Assembly (NCBI GenBank): GCA_048938105.1
Contig: JBHLMN010000001.1
Coordinates: 416,001-480,000, forward strand
Length of the DNA stretch: 64,000 nt
Direction: 5' to 3'
Source: Promethearchaeota archaeon
Lineage (GTDB): Archaea > Asgardarchaeota > Heimdallarchaeia > Hodarchaeales > Hodarchaeaceae
Below, one piece after another: positions 17,855-28,233 of this stretch. The notes below the pieces were generated by a model. It was not told where the DNA came from. It made no database searches and was given only the letters and a program-made list of their open reading frames with translations. Each line of letters begins with the position of its first letter. The first letter of the stretch is position 1. The translations under genes were made by a program, and so were the position numbers.

Positions 17855-19459
17855 TTGTCTCAAAATAAGTTACTGATAGCTTTAGATGACCTTATTCAAT
17901 CACTCATAGATGAACCAGCTCCATCAAGAGCTAAACTCGAGACTCTTAAAAGAAGCATTGCGAAACAGTATAGACTTAAACGGTTTGTTCGAAATTCGGA
18001 AATTATTGAGTACATTCTCACTTCGGAAGATTTTACTGAATATGAAAAAGATTACTTAATACAATTTCTCCAAATCCGAAAAGTTAGAACAATCAGTGGT
18101 ATCGCAGTTGTTGCAGTGATGACAAAACCCTACTCCTGTCCAGGAGACTGTATTTATTGCCCTGAGGTTAATGGAGCACCAAAATCTTACACAGGAAAGG
18201 AACCTGCAGCAATGAGAGGGGCTCAAAACAACTTCATTCCAAAAAAACAAGTACAGGCTAGATTAAAACAACTTAAAAGTATAGGTCATCCGCTAGATAA
18301 GATCCATCTTGTAATAATGGGTGGAACATTTTTAGCAACACCCTTAGAGTACCAAGAATATTTCGTAAAGGAATGTCTTGATGGAATCACGGGAAAAACA
18401 TCAACGAATCTGAAAAACGCGCAAAGGTATGCAGAAACTAGTATTAATCGAAATGTCGGCATAACTTTTGAAACTCGGCCAGATTATTGTACTGGACCAC
18501 ATGTTAGTAAAATCTTGGAACTAGGGGGCACTTTTGTAGAAATTGGACTACAAACACTTTCTGATAAGATATTAAAGTTCATACAACGTCATCACACATT
18601 AGAAGACATAGAAAAAGCAATCCGTTACGCGAGGGATGGAGGACTGAAAGTGACTGTTCATATGATGCCAAACCTCTTTCAAACTCCTGAAGAAGATGTT
18701 CTTATGTTTGAAAAGCTCTACACGGATTCTAGATATATACCAGATGCCATTAAAATTTATCCCACCTTAGTTTTGCCGAATACTCGCTTATATAAGTTAT
18801 GGAAGGAAAAAACCTATATTCCTTATGATATTGATGATGTTTTAGATGTAATAACCTCAATTAAATCGAAAACGCCTCCTTTTGTACGCATACAACGTAT
18901 TCAAAGGGATATTCCTGCATACTTGATTGTGGATGGTGGTCGTTCGGGAAATCTAAGAGAAATGGCTCGAAGGAAATTATCAGAGCAAGGTGGGAAGTGT
19001 TCTTGTATTCGATGCAGAGAAGTTGGTCATCAAACTAATCTTGGGGATAAAACTTGGATAGATAAAGAGAAAAAATACCATATTTTTGAATATCATGCAT
19101 CTGATGGAATTGAACACTTCATTTCCTTTGAAACCAGTGACAGAGAGACACTTTTTGGATTTTTACGCCTTAGAGAACCATCATCTTATTTATTCCGTCC
19201 TGAGACAATCGATCCTCCAGCAACTTTGATCAGAGAACTCCATGTTTATGGAAGATTAGTAGGAATAGGAAAAATACCTAAAGAGCTGGAATGGCAGCAT
19301 AGGGGTCTGGGACAAGGGTTGATTTCGCTCGCAGAAGAAATCTCACTTGAAAGAGGATATAATAAAATTGTTGTGACGTCAGGAATCGGAGTTCGTGATT
19401 ACTATCGAAAACTCAAATATAACCAAAAGGGGCCATACATGGTTAAATCTTTAACATAA
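17855..19459 (+). CDS. elp3: tRNA uridine(34) acetyltransferase Elp3 (radical SAM plus GNAT)
   Basis: RTISGIAVVAVM, CPGDCIYCP, MGGTF, ETRPDYC, RELHVYG, QHRGLG. Confidence 0.96.
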   Translation: MSQNKLLIALDDLIQSLIDEPAPSRAKLETLKRSIAKQYRLKRFVRNSEIIEYILTSEDFTEYEKDYLIQFLQIRKVRTISGIAVVAVMTKPYSCPGDCIYCPEVNGAPKSYTGKEPAAMRGAQNNFIPKKQVQARLKQLKSIGHPLDKIHLVIMGGTFLATPLEYQEYFVKECLDGITGKTSTNLKNAQRYAETSINRNVGITFETRPDYCTGPHVSKILELGGTFVEIGLQTLSDKILKFIQRHHTLEDIEKAIRYARDGGLKVTVHMMPNLFQTPEEDVLMFEKLYTDSRYIPDAIKIYPTLVLPNTRLYKLWKEKTYIPYDIDDVLDVITSIKSKTPPFVRIQRIQRDIPAYLIVDGGRSGNLREMARRKLSEQGGKCSCIRCREVGHQTNLGDKTWIDKEKKYHIFEYHASDGIEHFISFETSDRETLFGFLRLREPSSYLFRPETIDPPATLIRELHVYGRLVGIGKIPKELEWQHRGLGQGLISLAEEISLERGYNKIVVTSGIGVRDYYRKLKYNQKGPYMVKSLT

Positions 19460-19500
19460 CGTAATAAAACAAGAAATGAAGGAGGATTTTATGGATGTCC

Positions 19501-20388
19501 TCATTCCAATCTCATGAGCATTTCCCATTCAAATTGAATATCTTTCTTAAGTTCTTCAATTTGCTCAGGGGTCATCTTTTTAAAGCGCCCTTGTTTATTT
19601 AGATACTCTTCTAATGGTAGTCTATTATCAGGATCTCGGTACTTCATTCCACGTTTACTGAAGGTAAGTTTCCCATTTTCAATTTCAAAAAGTGGAAAAT
19701 ATCCCGTTTGTACAGATAATTTACCAAGTTCTGGAGTAATAGCGGGATCAGAGTTCCAACCAGTAGGACATGGAGCATCTATAAGAATGAATCGGTATCC
19801 TTCTATGTTTCCAGCTTTTTTAGCTTTTGTATACAAATCTCGAGGATAACCAATGGATGAAGTTGCAATATAGGGTACATCATGAGCAGCCATAATACGA
19901 GTAACACTTTTTCTCTTTTCCTGTTTACCTATTGGAGTTGTAGTTGTAGATGCACCTCGAGGAGTAGCCCCGCTTCGTTGAGCGCCAGTATTACTATAGA
20001 AACCATTATCGTAGCAAAAGTGGAGGATGTCCTCACTTCTTTCGGCTGCTCCAGACCAAGTAGCAACACCAATATCATAGGTTCCCCCGTCTCCAGACCA
20101 AACCACAGTTGTCACTTTCTCTCCTCTCCTTTTCTTAGCCCTTGAAATTCCAGAAGCTGCACTAGCATGAGCTGCAAATGCAATGTTCAAAGTAGGAACA
20201 TTATAGGTGACGTGTGGATGGAGACTTTGGATAACAGAAGCACAACATGCAGGAATCACTACAATAGGTCGCTCTAACGCTGATATAGCAGTACGATACG
20301 CAATAGAAAGGCCACAGCCAGCACATGCAAAATTCCCTCTTAATAGAACTTCTGGACGATCTAGCATCTCTTTTATCTTGACACTCAT
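19501..20388 (-). CDS. porB: Pyruvate/2-oxoacid:ferredoxin oxidoreductase beta subunit
   Basis: ACAGCG, GDGGTYDIG TPP motif, YDN...NTGAQRS, PCPTGW. Confidence 0.92.
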   Translation of the reverse strand: MSVKIKEMLDRPEVLLRGNFACAGCGLSIAYRTAISALERPIVVIPACCASVIQSLHPHVTYNVPTLNIAFAAHASAASGISRAKKRRGEKVTTVVWSGDGGTYDIGVATWSGAAERSEDILHFCYDNGFYSNTGAQRSGATPRGASTTTTPIGKQEKRKSVTRIMAAHDVPYIATSSIGYPRDLYTKAKKAGNIEGYRFILIDAPCPTGWNSDPAITPELGKLSVQTGYFPLFEIENGKLTFSKRGMKYRDPDNRLPLEEYLNKQGRFKKMTPEQIEELKKDIQFEWEMLMRLE

Positions 20389-20403
20389 TTCTTCATTCCT
20401 CTA

Positions 20404-21552
20404 TTACATGATTTTTTCTACTTCAAAAGCGATATCCATGTATGTAACATCCATTCCTCCTAGACCTCGGATAATTTGGTGAAATTCAATATCTACCTTA
20501 TTTGCGTACAATTCAGCCTGAATTTCAATTGCAAGCTGACCAGCATTGCCAAACGAAACAGATCGATCAATGACTAAGACTTTTGGTACTCTTCTCAAAG
20601 CTGCAATTAATTCTTTTTTTGGAAATGGTCGAATAACACGTGGTCGAATAACAACAGCCTTAATACCTTTCTTATTCAAAACTTCCAGCGATTGTTCAGC
20701 TTCTTCCCCTAAAGTTCCTATGGCAACGATAGCAACGTTTGCGTCGTTAATATCACCCACGATTTCAACCATTTCTTTGCTGAGTCTTCCGAATTTTTCG
20801 TAATACTCATTGAAAACTTTAGGGATAATAACTCGTGCATTGTTAAATCCATCAATTAATGACATTCTTTGCTCCCAAATGCCTTTAGAATCAGTAAGGG
20901 ATCCATGGGCGAAAGGATCATCAGGATCTAACATCGCAAGTGGTTTAAAAGGAGGGAGAAATTCATCAACTTCCTCTTGGGTTGGAATTTCTACCTGAGC
21001 TGATGTATGACTCAGGATGAATCCATCCAAACAAATCATAACTGGCATCCACACCTTATGATGTTCAGCAATTTTGAATGCACAGAGGGTTAGGTCTAAC
21101 ACTTCTTGATTGTTCTTTGCATAAAATTGAATCCATCCCGCATCCCTAAAAGTCATTGAATCTTGGTGATCTGGCCATATATTCCAAGGATTTAGAGAAC
21201 GATTCACTACTGGCATTACAATAGGAACCCGTGTCACTCCAGCCCACCATACCAACTCCCCCATGTAAAGAAGACCGTGGGCACTAGTTGCAGTAAAAGT
21301 TCGTACACCTCCTAATGAAGCACCAATTGCAGCACCCATTGCACTATGTTCACTTTCGACGTTTACAAAATCACAATCAAACTCTCCCCTTGCGATCATT
21401 CCTGATATAGTCTCAACAATAAGTGTTTGAGGAGTAATAGGATAAGCTGGAATAACTTGTGGCCTTGCTAGTTTTGCTGCAGTAGCCACAGCGGCATTTC
21501 CAGTCAATAATTGAATATTAGATTTTTTCATTGTCTGTACCACTTTTCTCAC
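20404..21552 (-). CDS. porA: Pyruvate/2-oxoacid:ferredoxin oxidoreductase alpha subunit
   Basis: AYPITPQT, ESEHSA, FTATS, DGFILSH. Confidence 0.92.
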   Translation of the reverse strand: MRKVVQTMKKSNIQLLTGNAAVATAAKLARPQVIPAYPITPQTLIVETISGMIARGEFDCDFVNVESEHSAMGAAIGASLGGVRTFTATSAHGLLYMGELVWWAGVTRVPIVMPVVNRSLNPWNIWPDHQDSMTFRDAGWIQFYAKNNQEVLDLTLCAFKIAEHHKVWMPVMICLDGFILSHTSAQVEIPTQEEVDEFLPPFKPLAMLDPDDPFAHGSLTDSKGIWEQRMSLIDGFNNARVIIPKVFNEYYEKFGRLSKEMVEIVGDINDANVAIVAIGTLGEEAEQSLEVLNKKGIKAVVIRPRVIRPFPKKELIAALRRVPKVLVIDRSVSFGNAGQLAIEIQAELYANKVDIEFHQIIRGLGGMDVTYMDIAFEVEKIM

Positions 21553-21834
21553 CTATTCTTTCTCCATTTTAAGCGCGTCTTGAGGGCAGACATGTACACA
21601 CACCCCACAACCTTTACAATAAACATAATCAATGTAGGGATATTCTCCTTTAGCATCAACACGAATAGTGCCTTCTGGACAAAACATCCAGCATTGATAA
21701 CATTTAGTGCACTGTTCTTCAAAGAAAACTGGTTTACTTGTTCGCCAATCACCAGTCGTACCTGGACCTGGAGCAGAACCTACCGTAGGTCTACCTAATG
21801 GTAAAACGGGATCTTTCATTTCACTTTCATCCAT
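21553..21834 (-). CDS. porD: 2-oxoacid:ferredoxin oxidoreductase delta subunit (2x[4Fe-4S])
   Basis: TGDWR, CTKCYQCWMFCP, CKGCGVCVHVCP. Confidence 0.93.
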   Translation of the reverse strand: MDESEMKDPVLPLGRPTVGSAPGPGTTGDWRTSKPVFFEEQCTKCYQCWMFCPEGTIRVDAKGEYPYIDYVYCKGCGVCVHVCPQDALKMEKE

Positions 21835-21848
21835 TGATTTGACCTCAG

Positions 21849-22430
21849 TTAGTTAATGAATTCAAATCTTTCAAAGGCCATTCTTATCGATCGAATATTA
21901 GCCTCAGCCAGTTCTCCTTCTCCAAATTGATGTTTGATAGCAGCAATAAGCTCTTCTAGACTAATCAACCCTGTAGCTTTGACCCAAGCTCCCAACATTG
22001 TTGCGCTAACCATCATTGTTCCTGATTTAATCAATCCACATTCTCGAGCAATATCTACCGCATCGACTTTTCCTATTCTTAGGGTTTCGTTTCCTTTTAA
22101 TGCAGGAGGAATTTCCGATGAATTAAGTACGATAATTGTTCCAGGAGTTATATCATCGAGAGGCATGGTTTCGACTAACGAGGGTTCCAACACGATCCAA
22201 CTATGAGTATTTTCTGTAATTACTGGAGCATGTGTTTTCACATGTTTGTCAGATATTCGTACATCTGCAAAAATAGGAGCACCTTTACGTTCAGCTCCAT
22301 ATTTGGGAATTGCCTGGACGAATTTTCCGCCAAGATGGCCACTATATGCTAGTACTTTCGCAGCTGTTACTCCACCCTGTCCTCCCCGGCTTAGAATTCG
22401 AATTTCAGTCATCATCCATTTTCCATCCAT
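21849..22430 (-). CDS. porG: 2-oxoacid:ferredoxin oxidoreductase gamma subunit
   Basis: EIRILSRGGQGGVTA, YGAERKGAP. Confidence 0.9.
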   Translation of the reverse strand: MDGKWMMTEIRILSRGGQGGVTAAKVLAYSGHLGGKFVQAIPKYGAERKGAPIFADVRISDKHVKTHAPVITENTHSWIVLEPSLVETMPLDDITPGTIIVLNSSEIPPALKGNETLRIGKVDAVDIARECGLIKSGTMMVSATMLGAWVKATGLISLEELIAAIKHQFGEGELAEANIRSIRMAFERFEFIN

Positions 22431-22580
22431 AAAAAAAGCCTTTTAGAATCCTCTAGGCCTATATAGATCCACAATGACTTCTAAAGATTTATAATTAAGA
22501 CATCTTTATGCTTATTTAAGAACTATTTGTGAGGACAATTTGCAAACATTTACCAAAAATAAATTATCATAAAACCTTAT

Positions 22581-22621
22581 TATTGAAAGAGATAGCCACC
22601 TCACTATTGAAAGAAATAACC
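22581..22621. promoter_or_regulatory. Direct repeat upstream of the por operon; candidate regulator sites
   Basis: tattgaaagagatagcc (22581-97) and tattgaaagaaataacc (22605-21), 15/17 identical. Confidence 0.4.
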
Positions 22622-22867
22622 TTAGTTCTTTAAGAATATTATTAGGTAATAAATCTTTTAAAATTTACTTCGAAATTTATGAAAAAAAATGCTAATGATT
22701 CAATTCTTAGCCATACTAAGGTATTAGAGTTATTAATACTCGTAAAAGCCATTTAATAAACAAATCTTTGATTTTTAAGAAAAACTAGATAAGGATAAAT
22801 TAATAAGAAAAAAGCAAGTATTCAGATACAATCCCATATTAGACTTTATGAATTTGCTGGAATGGTC

Positions 22868-22972
22868 GGGCCGATAGCTCAGCTTGGTAGTAGCGCCTGC
22901 TTGGCAAATAGTACTCTCTTGAGTATAAATCCTGAATGCAGGAGGTCGTGGGTCCAAATCCCACTCGGTCCA
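22868..22972 (+). tRNA. tRNA-Ala(GGC) with a 30-nt intron at 37/38 (22907-22936)
   Basis: Acceptor GGGCCGA/TCGGTCC-A with G3:U70; anticodon stem CCTGC/GCAGG, GGC at 22903-05; T-arm GTGGG-TCCAAAT-CCCAC; CCA not encoded. Confidence 0.93.
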
Positions 22973-23213
22973 TTTCCCTTCTTTTCACCTAAATGCAATA
23001 TCAGAATAGTTAAAACCCAATATCACTCTAAAATGTTCACAATTTCCTCAATAATGATTAGCTTATTTCAACTAAGAATATTAAGAGTTTTAAGGGTGGA
23101 TATTACGCATTTAATTACAAGACAACAATTATTAATCACCGATATGAAGGCTTTTAAAGGTTGAAACTGGTTCCCTTTGCATAGACGTTTATAAATTTGA
23201 GAAGGCTCATAGC

Positions 23214-23987
23214 ATGTCACACACTTATTGTACGAATTGTGGGAAAGAAATTAGCGTAACTGCTCGTTTTTGTCGTTTTTGTGGAACCCCAATAAAAAGA
23301 TCTCAAGATCCAGCTCCAACTCCAAGATCTTCTTCCCCCTCTCTAAGTGTACCTCCCGCACCTACTAGAGAAACGATTACACCTCCAGCTGAAGTAGTCG
23401 AAAGAATTCCAGATGAAATTGTTGAAATTCTTTATGCACGAAAGAGAAAAGATCAAATCAAGACTGAGTTAAAGAAATTACTTGATGAGATTGATGAACT
23501 TACTAAAAAAGTTGAGATTGGACTTATTGATGAAAGCGAATCTACAGAAATGATAGAAGAAATCCAATCCAATGTAGTTACACTTCAAGAAGAACAGAAA
23601 ACTCTTGAAACTCAACCACTAGAGCTTGAAACCTTGGTTGAAGATGAGAAAAAATGGCAAAAACGCTTAGAAAAAATCGAAGAGAAAAGACGAGTTCAAG
23701 CTGTTTCTGATAGTGTATATTCTTCTCTTCGAGATGAATACTCTTCGGAATTAGCTGCTATTCAAAAGAAAGTAGCAGTTGAGGAGCGAAAAGCAAGACG
23801 TTGGCTTGTGGACCTTCAGAAAGAGGCAAGAGATCTTGAAACAAAAATTGAAAGAATTCGTGTTCGTGGGGAAATAGAAGGTCTAAATAAGTCAGAAATC
23901 AACCAAAAAACGGAGGAATTATCCTTAAACCAAGCCAAAAAAGCAACAGCTTCAGAAGTTCTCACACAGATACTAGGATCTCTTTAG
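23214..23987 (+). CDS. Zinc ribbon, Pro-rich linker and CdvA-like coiled-coil protein
   Basis: CTNCG...CRFCG; repeated helix-turn-helix units (KVEIGLIDE, VSDSVYSSLRDEY, RIRVRGEIE). Confidence 0.6.
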   Translation: MSHTYCTNCGKEISVTARFCRFCGTPIKRSQDPAPTPRSSSPSLSVPPAPTRETITPPAEVVERIPDEIVEILYARKRKDQIKTELKKLLDEIDELTKKVEIGLIDESESTEMIEEIQSNVVTLQEEQKTLETQPLELETLVEDEKKWQKRLEKIEEKRRVQAVSDSVYSSLRDEYSSELAAIQKKVAVEERKARRWLVDLQKEARDLETKIERIRVRGEIEGLNKSEINQKTEELSLNQAKKATASEVLTQILGSL

Positions 23988-25309
23988 TGTAAAAAATTAA
24001 GGATTTTTTCTTTTTCTTCTTCCACCTCCTGGGAAAAGGATAATATTTTTTCTTTTATTTCAGGAACCTCCTTTTTAAGTCTGGTAATTTCAGATTCCAT
24101 TTCATTAAAATCTTGAATCGTGTTTTGAGCTTCAGAATATTGAGGATCTTGTAGCATCTTTGTCTCGATTTCGTCAAGTTCTTTCTCAAGTTTTCTAAGA
24201 TGAGCAAATTTTTCTAAAGTATCTTTATTTACTATAAATTGTCGTAATTCGCTTGGATCTTCGAACTTAAACCAATTCTTTCCACTTAATAACTCGAAGC
24301 CGTGGGTTTCAAAAATAAAGACGATCTGTCGCCATAATTCTTCGTTTAATCCTTCATATCTCGTTGGTTCAAGGATTAAACCTAGGAAGTCTTCTTTTTG
24401 TTCCAAACTACGACTTTCACGTCTTTCAATCATCTTCATATAGCGTTCTAAACCTGTAGTTAGAACTTTTAGGAACAGAGATAAGTCTGGATCTAAGAAA
24501 AGCCCTTCTTTTTCCCGTATTATTGATGGAATTCCACTTTTTTCCCTATGAAGTTCAATTTGATTTCCATAACGAGGCAAATCTACTTTTATTTCTGCTA
24601 AGCTTGCACTTAATTTTGCTATTTCATTATTTTTCTTTTTAAATAAGATTTCATATTCTCTTTTCTCTGCATTTTTTTTGGTCAAAATATTTAATAATCG
24701 AGAGAGGGAATCAAAAAAATTTTTCCCATCTGAATCTTCGATAATAAATAATTCTTGCTTTTTGATAATATCTTCAAGAATAAGGGGATAATTTTCATCA
24801 GATAGCAATTTTTGATACGCTTTCTTAGCATTGCGGATAAATTTCATGTCTTTTTGGTATTTTACTGGGGGATTCACGCTTTTCTTAAATTCCAATTCAA
24901 TCTTTCTGAGATCAAAATCTACAACTTCCAGTTCTTTTCGGTATCCTCTACGAGATCGTGACTTCAATTGAGAAATTACCTGATACGAACTCAAATTTTC
25001 AAAAATTTCTTGACATACTGTTCCATAACGAAACATATTCGCAGTAGATTCTGGGATTGTGTCATCTGACTCCTTTGCTTTTTTAACTATTGTTTTAGAC
25101 CGATTTATTAATTCTATAGTGCTTTCTCCCAAACGAAAACCTTTTCTTCCTGTATTAATCTTTAACTGATCTTTCGGAAAATATTTTGAACAAAGTCTAA
25201 GCAACCTTTCTTTTGCATACTCCTTGGAATCAAATTTTGATACCATATGATATATTTCCTTGATTTTTAATAACCTGAAATCGTCGTCATTATTACTGAA
25301 AGGAAACAA
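23984..25309 (-). CDS. Hypothetical coiled-coil protein (likely start ATG at 25246)
   Basis: Long K/E-rich helical ORF. Confidence 0.7.
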   Translation of the reverse strand: MFPFSNNDDDFRLLKIKEIYHMVSKFDSKEYAKERLLRLCSKYFPKDQLKINTGRKGFRLGESTIELINRSKTIVKKAKESDDTIPESTANMFRYGTVCQEIFENLSSYQVISQLKSRSRRGYRKELEVVDFDLRKIELEFKKSVNPPVKYQKDMKFIRNAKKAYQKLLSDENYPLILEDIIKKQELFIIEDSDGKNFFDSLSRLLNILTKKNAEKREYEILFKKKNNEIAKLSASLAEIKVDLPRYGNQIELHREKSGIPSIIREKEGLFLDPDLSLFLKVLTTGLERYMKMIERRESRSLEQKEDFLGLILEPTRYEGLNEELWRQIVFIFETHGFELLSGKNWFKFEDPSELRQFIVNKDTLEKFAHLRKLEKELDEIETKMLQDPQYSEAQNTIQDFNEMESEITRLKKEVPEIKEKILSFSQEVEEEKEKILNFLH

Positions 25310-25322
25310 ATATCATAAAAGT

Positions 25323-26009
25323 TCATTCAGAACTCTCAGGTGTAAGAATAACCCAGTCACTCATTCTGAGATTAAGCATCATATCTTCACCATTAGGACA
25401 TTCAATCCTCAAAACTAATTGTTTTTTGCTCTGTAATATGACTTCAGGATGCAAGCATCCCTCGCGTAATTTTTCTAGTAAGAAGCGAACATAAGAATCA
25501 GAGATCGCAGTCAAAGAACCATCTTGTAAGTTTTCAGCCATCTGTCCAGGATATATTTGCACTTTACGACCACTACGTTTTGTTATTATCAGATCAACGT
25601 TTTCTAGTCTATTTAGATGATATCTAACTGTATCATGATGAACAGATGGAGTTATTCCTTGAGCAATTTGGCTTTGAAAGGCACCAGGGTTGTTTAATAC
25701 ATAATTAAAGATTTTATTGGCTGTTTTTGGCCTTAAGACAGCGAAAATCCGCTCCGCTTCAGCCGATCGAAGCCCTGCTGGGTAGTAAATGCGTTTTCCC
25801 GCATATTTCAGTGATTTAATAAGATGATCTTCCTCTAAACGCTTCAAATGCCAATTTAGAGTTCCTTGAGGTAGGTCTAGATATTTAGCCAAATCAAAAA
25901 AATACGAGCCAGGATTTTCTGCTAGGATTGAATATATTTTCCTTCGAAGTGGGTGTAATAAAAGACTAATTTCTCTGTCATCAGAAGCTAAGGTCATATT
26001 ATGATTCAT
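25323..26009 (-). CDS. Double winged-helix transcriptional regulator (ArsR/MarR-like)
   Basis: RRKIYSILAENPG...LNWHLKRLE and KIFNYVLNNPG..QSQIA...YHLNRLE. Confidence 0.85.
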   Translation of the reverse strand: MNHNMTLASDDREISLLLHPLRRKIYSILAENPGSYFFDLAKYLDLPQGTLNWHLKRLEEDHLIKSLKYAGKRIYYPAGLRSAEAERIFAVLRPKTANKIFNYVLNNPGAFQSQIAQGITPSVHHDTVRYHLNRLENVDLIITKRSGRKVQIYPGQMAENLQDGSLTAISDSYVRFLLEKLREGCLHPEVILQSKKQLVLRIECPNGEDMMLNLRMSDWVILTPESSE

Positions 26010-26340
26010 CTTCTTCGTAGGATTTTTGTTTAGCGATAGGAAGCGTTCAATGAAGCTCTTGAATAAGAACTGTCTATTGGGGCTCTTGTGTAGCCCTCGG
26101 TTTTTATTCTTTCTTTTTTAAAGATTTGTACCTGAACCTGAATTAACAGAATATTTGGGTGAATAAAGGCTTTTAATGGTATTGTTAGTCTCTTTGAAAA
26201 TTATAACTGGAATTCTTTATTTAAAAATAAATGACTGATATACTTTAGAAGAATCAAAAAGTAGAAAATGAAAAAGGGATGCCCACTTCTTAATCTAAAT
26301 TAATTGAGGAAAAAAGGAAAAAAGTGAGTCAAAAAGGAAG

Positions 26341-26760
26341 TTAGGCTACAAGTGTGGTTATATCTACCTTACTTACGCCTTTAATTTCCGCTAGCTCATC
26401 TTTCAGCTGTTCTTGTGAGATTGTTAGGTCACTGGAATCCAAATAGCCTTCATAGGTACAGCTATCTTGTGTGAAACACAGCCCTGTGCTGTAAAGGGTC
26501 TTTATTTTACTTCTCATAAAGACAACACCCAACTCTTGCAAGAAGTCAGGTGATAGCTCACCGATTTCTATAGCAACTTTAACAACTTCAGGACTTTTAG
26601 TCGGAATAATCCTAATGATTTTTGTCGAAGGAGCAAGGATCATTACAGCAGAACTTTCCTCAACATCCTTGGGGCGTAAGGTTTCAAGAAAGTCAGCAGG
26701 AAGGGAAATCGGTTTTGACTCTTGAAGTTGAATCATTTTTGCGATTGTAACAGCAGACAT
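26341..26760 (-). CDS. Hypothetical protein, AbrB-like N-terminus and ACT-like C-terminus
   Basis: GGAGG RBS; ISLPADF..., C-terminal LKDELAEIKGVSKVDI. Confidence 0.55.
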   Translation of the reverse strand: MSAVTIAKMIQLQESKPISLPADFLETLRPKDVEESSAVMILAPSTKIIRIIPTKSPEVVKVAIEIGELSPDFLQELGVVFMRSKIKTLYSTGLCFTQDSCTYEGYLDSSDLTISQEQLKDELAEIKGVSKVDITTLVA

Positions 26761-26893
26761 TTATCTATTATCCTCCGCTAATTATTCTAATTTTCATTAT
26801 GATCTGAAGGGGTTTCTTATGCTTTGAGCTGCTAAGACTAGCAAATCTCATTTACAAACAATTTGGATTGCTTTCTATTTATTAAGGTTTTTA

Positions 26894-26935
26894 TTTTTGC
26901 GAGAATTTCGAATTTTTTTGCGAGAAATTCGAATT
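26894..26935. promoter_or_regulatory. Tandem 21-bp direct repeat in a divergent promoter region
   Basis: tttttgcgagaatttcgaatt and tttttgcgagaaattcgaatt, 20/21 identical. Confidence 0.6.
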
Positions 26936-27593
26936 GAACCTTTGCCTCATAATATCAAAAATCTTTAAGATGTGGGACAGTTAGGTGCTTAGGTTGAGAC
27001 TAGAGAGGTAAGTACTTCAAAACTAATTTTGTGTTGAAAAACCTATTAAATATCTTCACATTAGGATCCAATCCAGAATCGGTCATGATTAAACACTTAT
27101 TTTTATTTATTTGCCCAAAAAAAACAATAATTCTACTTATAGCTAATACTATCTCTGGAAGATTATTTAAAAATCGGTAAATTTCAGCTTTAATAGTTTA
27201 ACTTCAATTAATTGTATCTTAACTCAATACATAGAGAAAGAAGTGATTCATGCTTCATATGGCTGAATATTGATTTTTACTGCAAATATAATTCTGTATT
27301 CTTGGGATAAGCATACAAAATCATCTAAAAGTGTTTGAATTTATTCGTCATCTTTCTGTTGTGCTAATGATTATTTCTATACTTTCTTCTTATTGTCATG
27401 TTGGTTTAGTGATGAAACAAAGATGCTCATGTTGCATATCGATAAGAGTTCTAAGGATAACTGCAGCTAATCCGAAAATAACTTAATGAAAGGTTATTTT
27501 TATAAACCACTCATTAAAGCTAATCTTTTTGATGAAACATCACCCCTTTTGTTGCTTTTCTCAAGTGTAAGAAAAAAAGTGGGGAAAATTATC

Positions 27594-28220
27594 ATGGTAT
27601 TAGATAGAGACATTCGATTGACGATCCTTGGTCATACTGGTGTAGGAAAAACCAGTCTAATCAAGCGATTGAAAGGAGAAGATCCTACTTCGACAGAAAG
27701 AACTTTAGATATAACTGTAGAGAAAAAGAAAATAACTCTACTGTCGAGTAGTAAGCATTCAAGATTATCCTTTGAGCGATACAGAAAATATAACGTGATT
27801 GCAGTAGATAATCCTGGAGATTTCAAACTTCGCCGTAAGTGGCGCGAAGCAATGAGAAAATACAAAACAGACGGAATTTTATTTATGTTAGATCCTATCC
27901 AAGGAGTAGAAACTCAAAGAGTGGCAATGGAAGATTCATTCAATTATTTTCTTGACAGTTTGAGCTTAGATCCTGATAAAGCTGATAGAAAAGCAAGAAA
28001 AAAGAAAACTCTTTTTTATTTTGTAATCAATAAGATGGATACAATTGATAATGATAAAAAGAAAGCACGTGTGTTTTTAGAGAATTTCAATATCGTTATC
28101 CAAGACTATAAAATGACTTTTCCTTTCGCTAAATTCTTAGAGGCATTCATTAGTGTTCATAAATCCCCCTACGAGGAAATTGATGCAATTTTTGAAAAAT
28201 GTAAACGAGCATTATATTAG
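27594..28220 (+). CDS. Divergent small (TRAFAC) GTPase
   Basis: GHTGVGKT, ERT, DNPG, NKMD; likely start ATG at 27594. Confidence 0.8.
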   Translation: MVLDRDIRLTILGHTGVGKTSLIKRLKGEDPTSTERTLDITVEKKKITLLSSSKHSRLSFERYRKYNVIAVDNPGDFKLRRKWREAMRKYKTDGILFMLDPIQGVETQRVAMEDSFNYFLDSLSLDPDKADRKARKKKTLFYFVINKMDTIDNDKKKARVFLENFNIVIQDYKMTFPFAKFLEAFISVHKSPYEEIDAIFEKCKRALY

Positions 28221-28233
28221 AAATTATTGGAAA

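Noticed and set aside
22862-23164. 100-aa ORF (and antisense 22775..22957)
   Set aside because: Overlaps the tRNA-Ala gene; spurious translation
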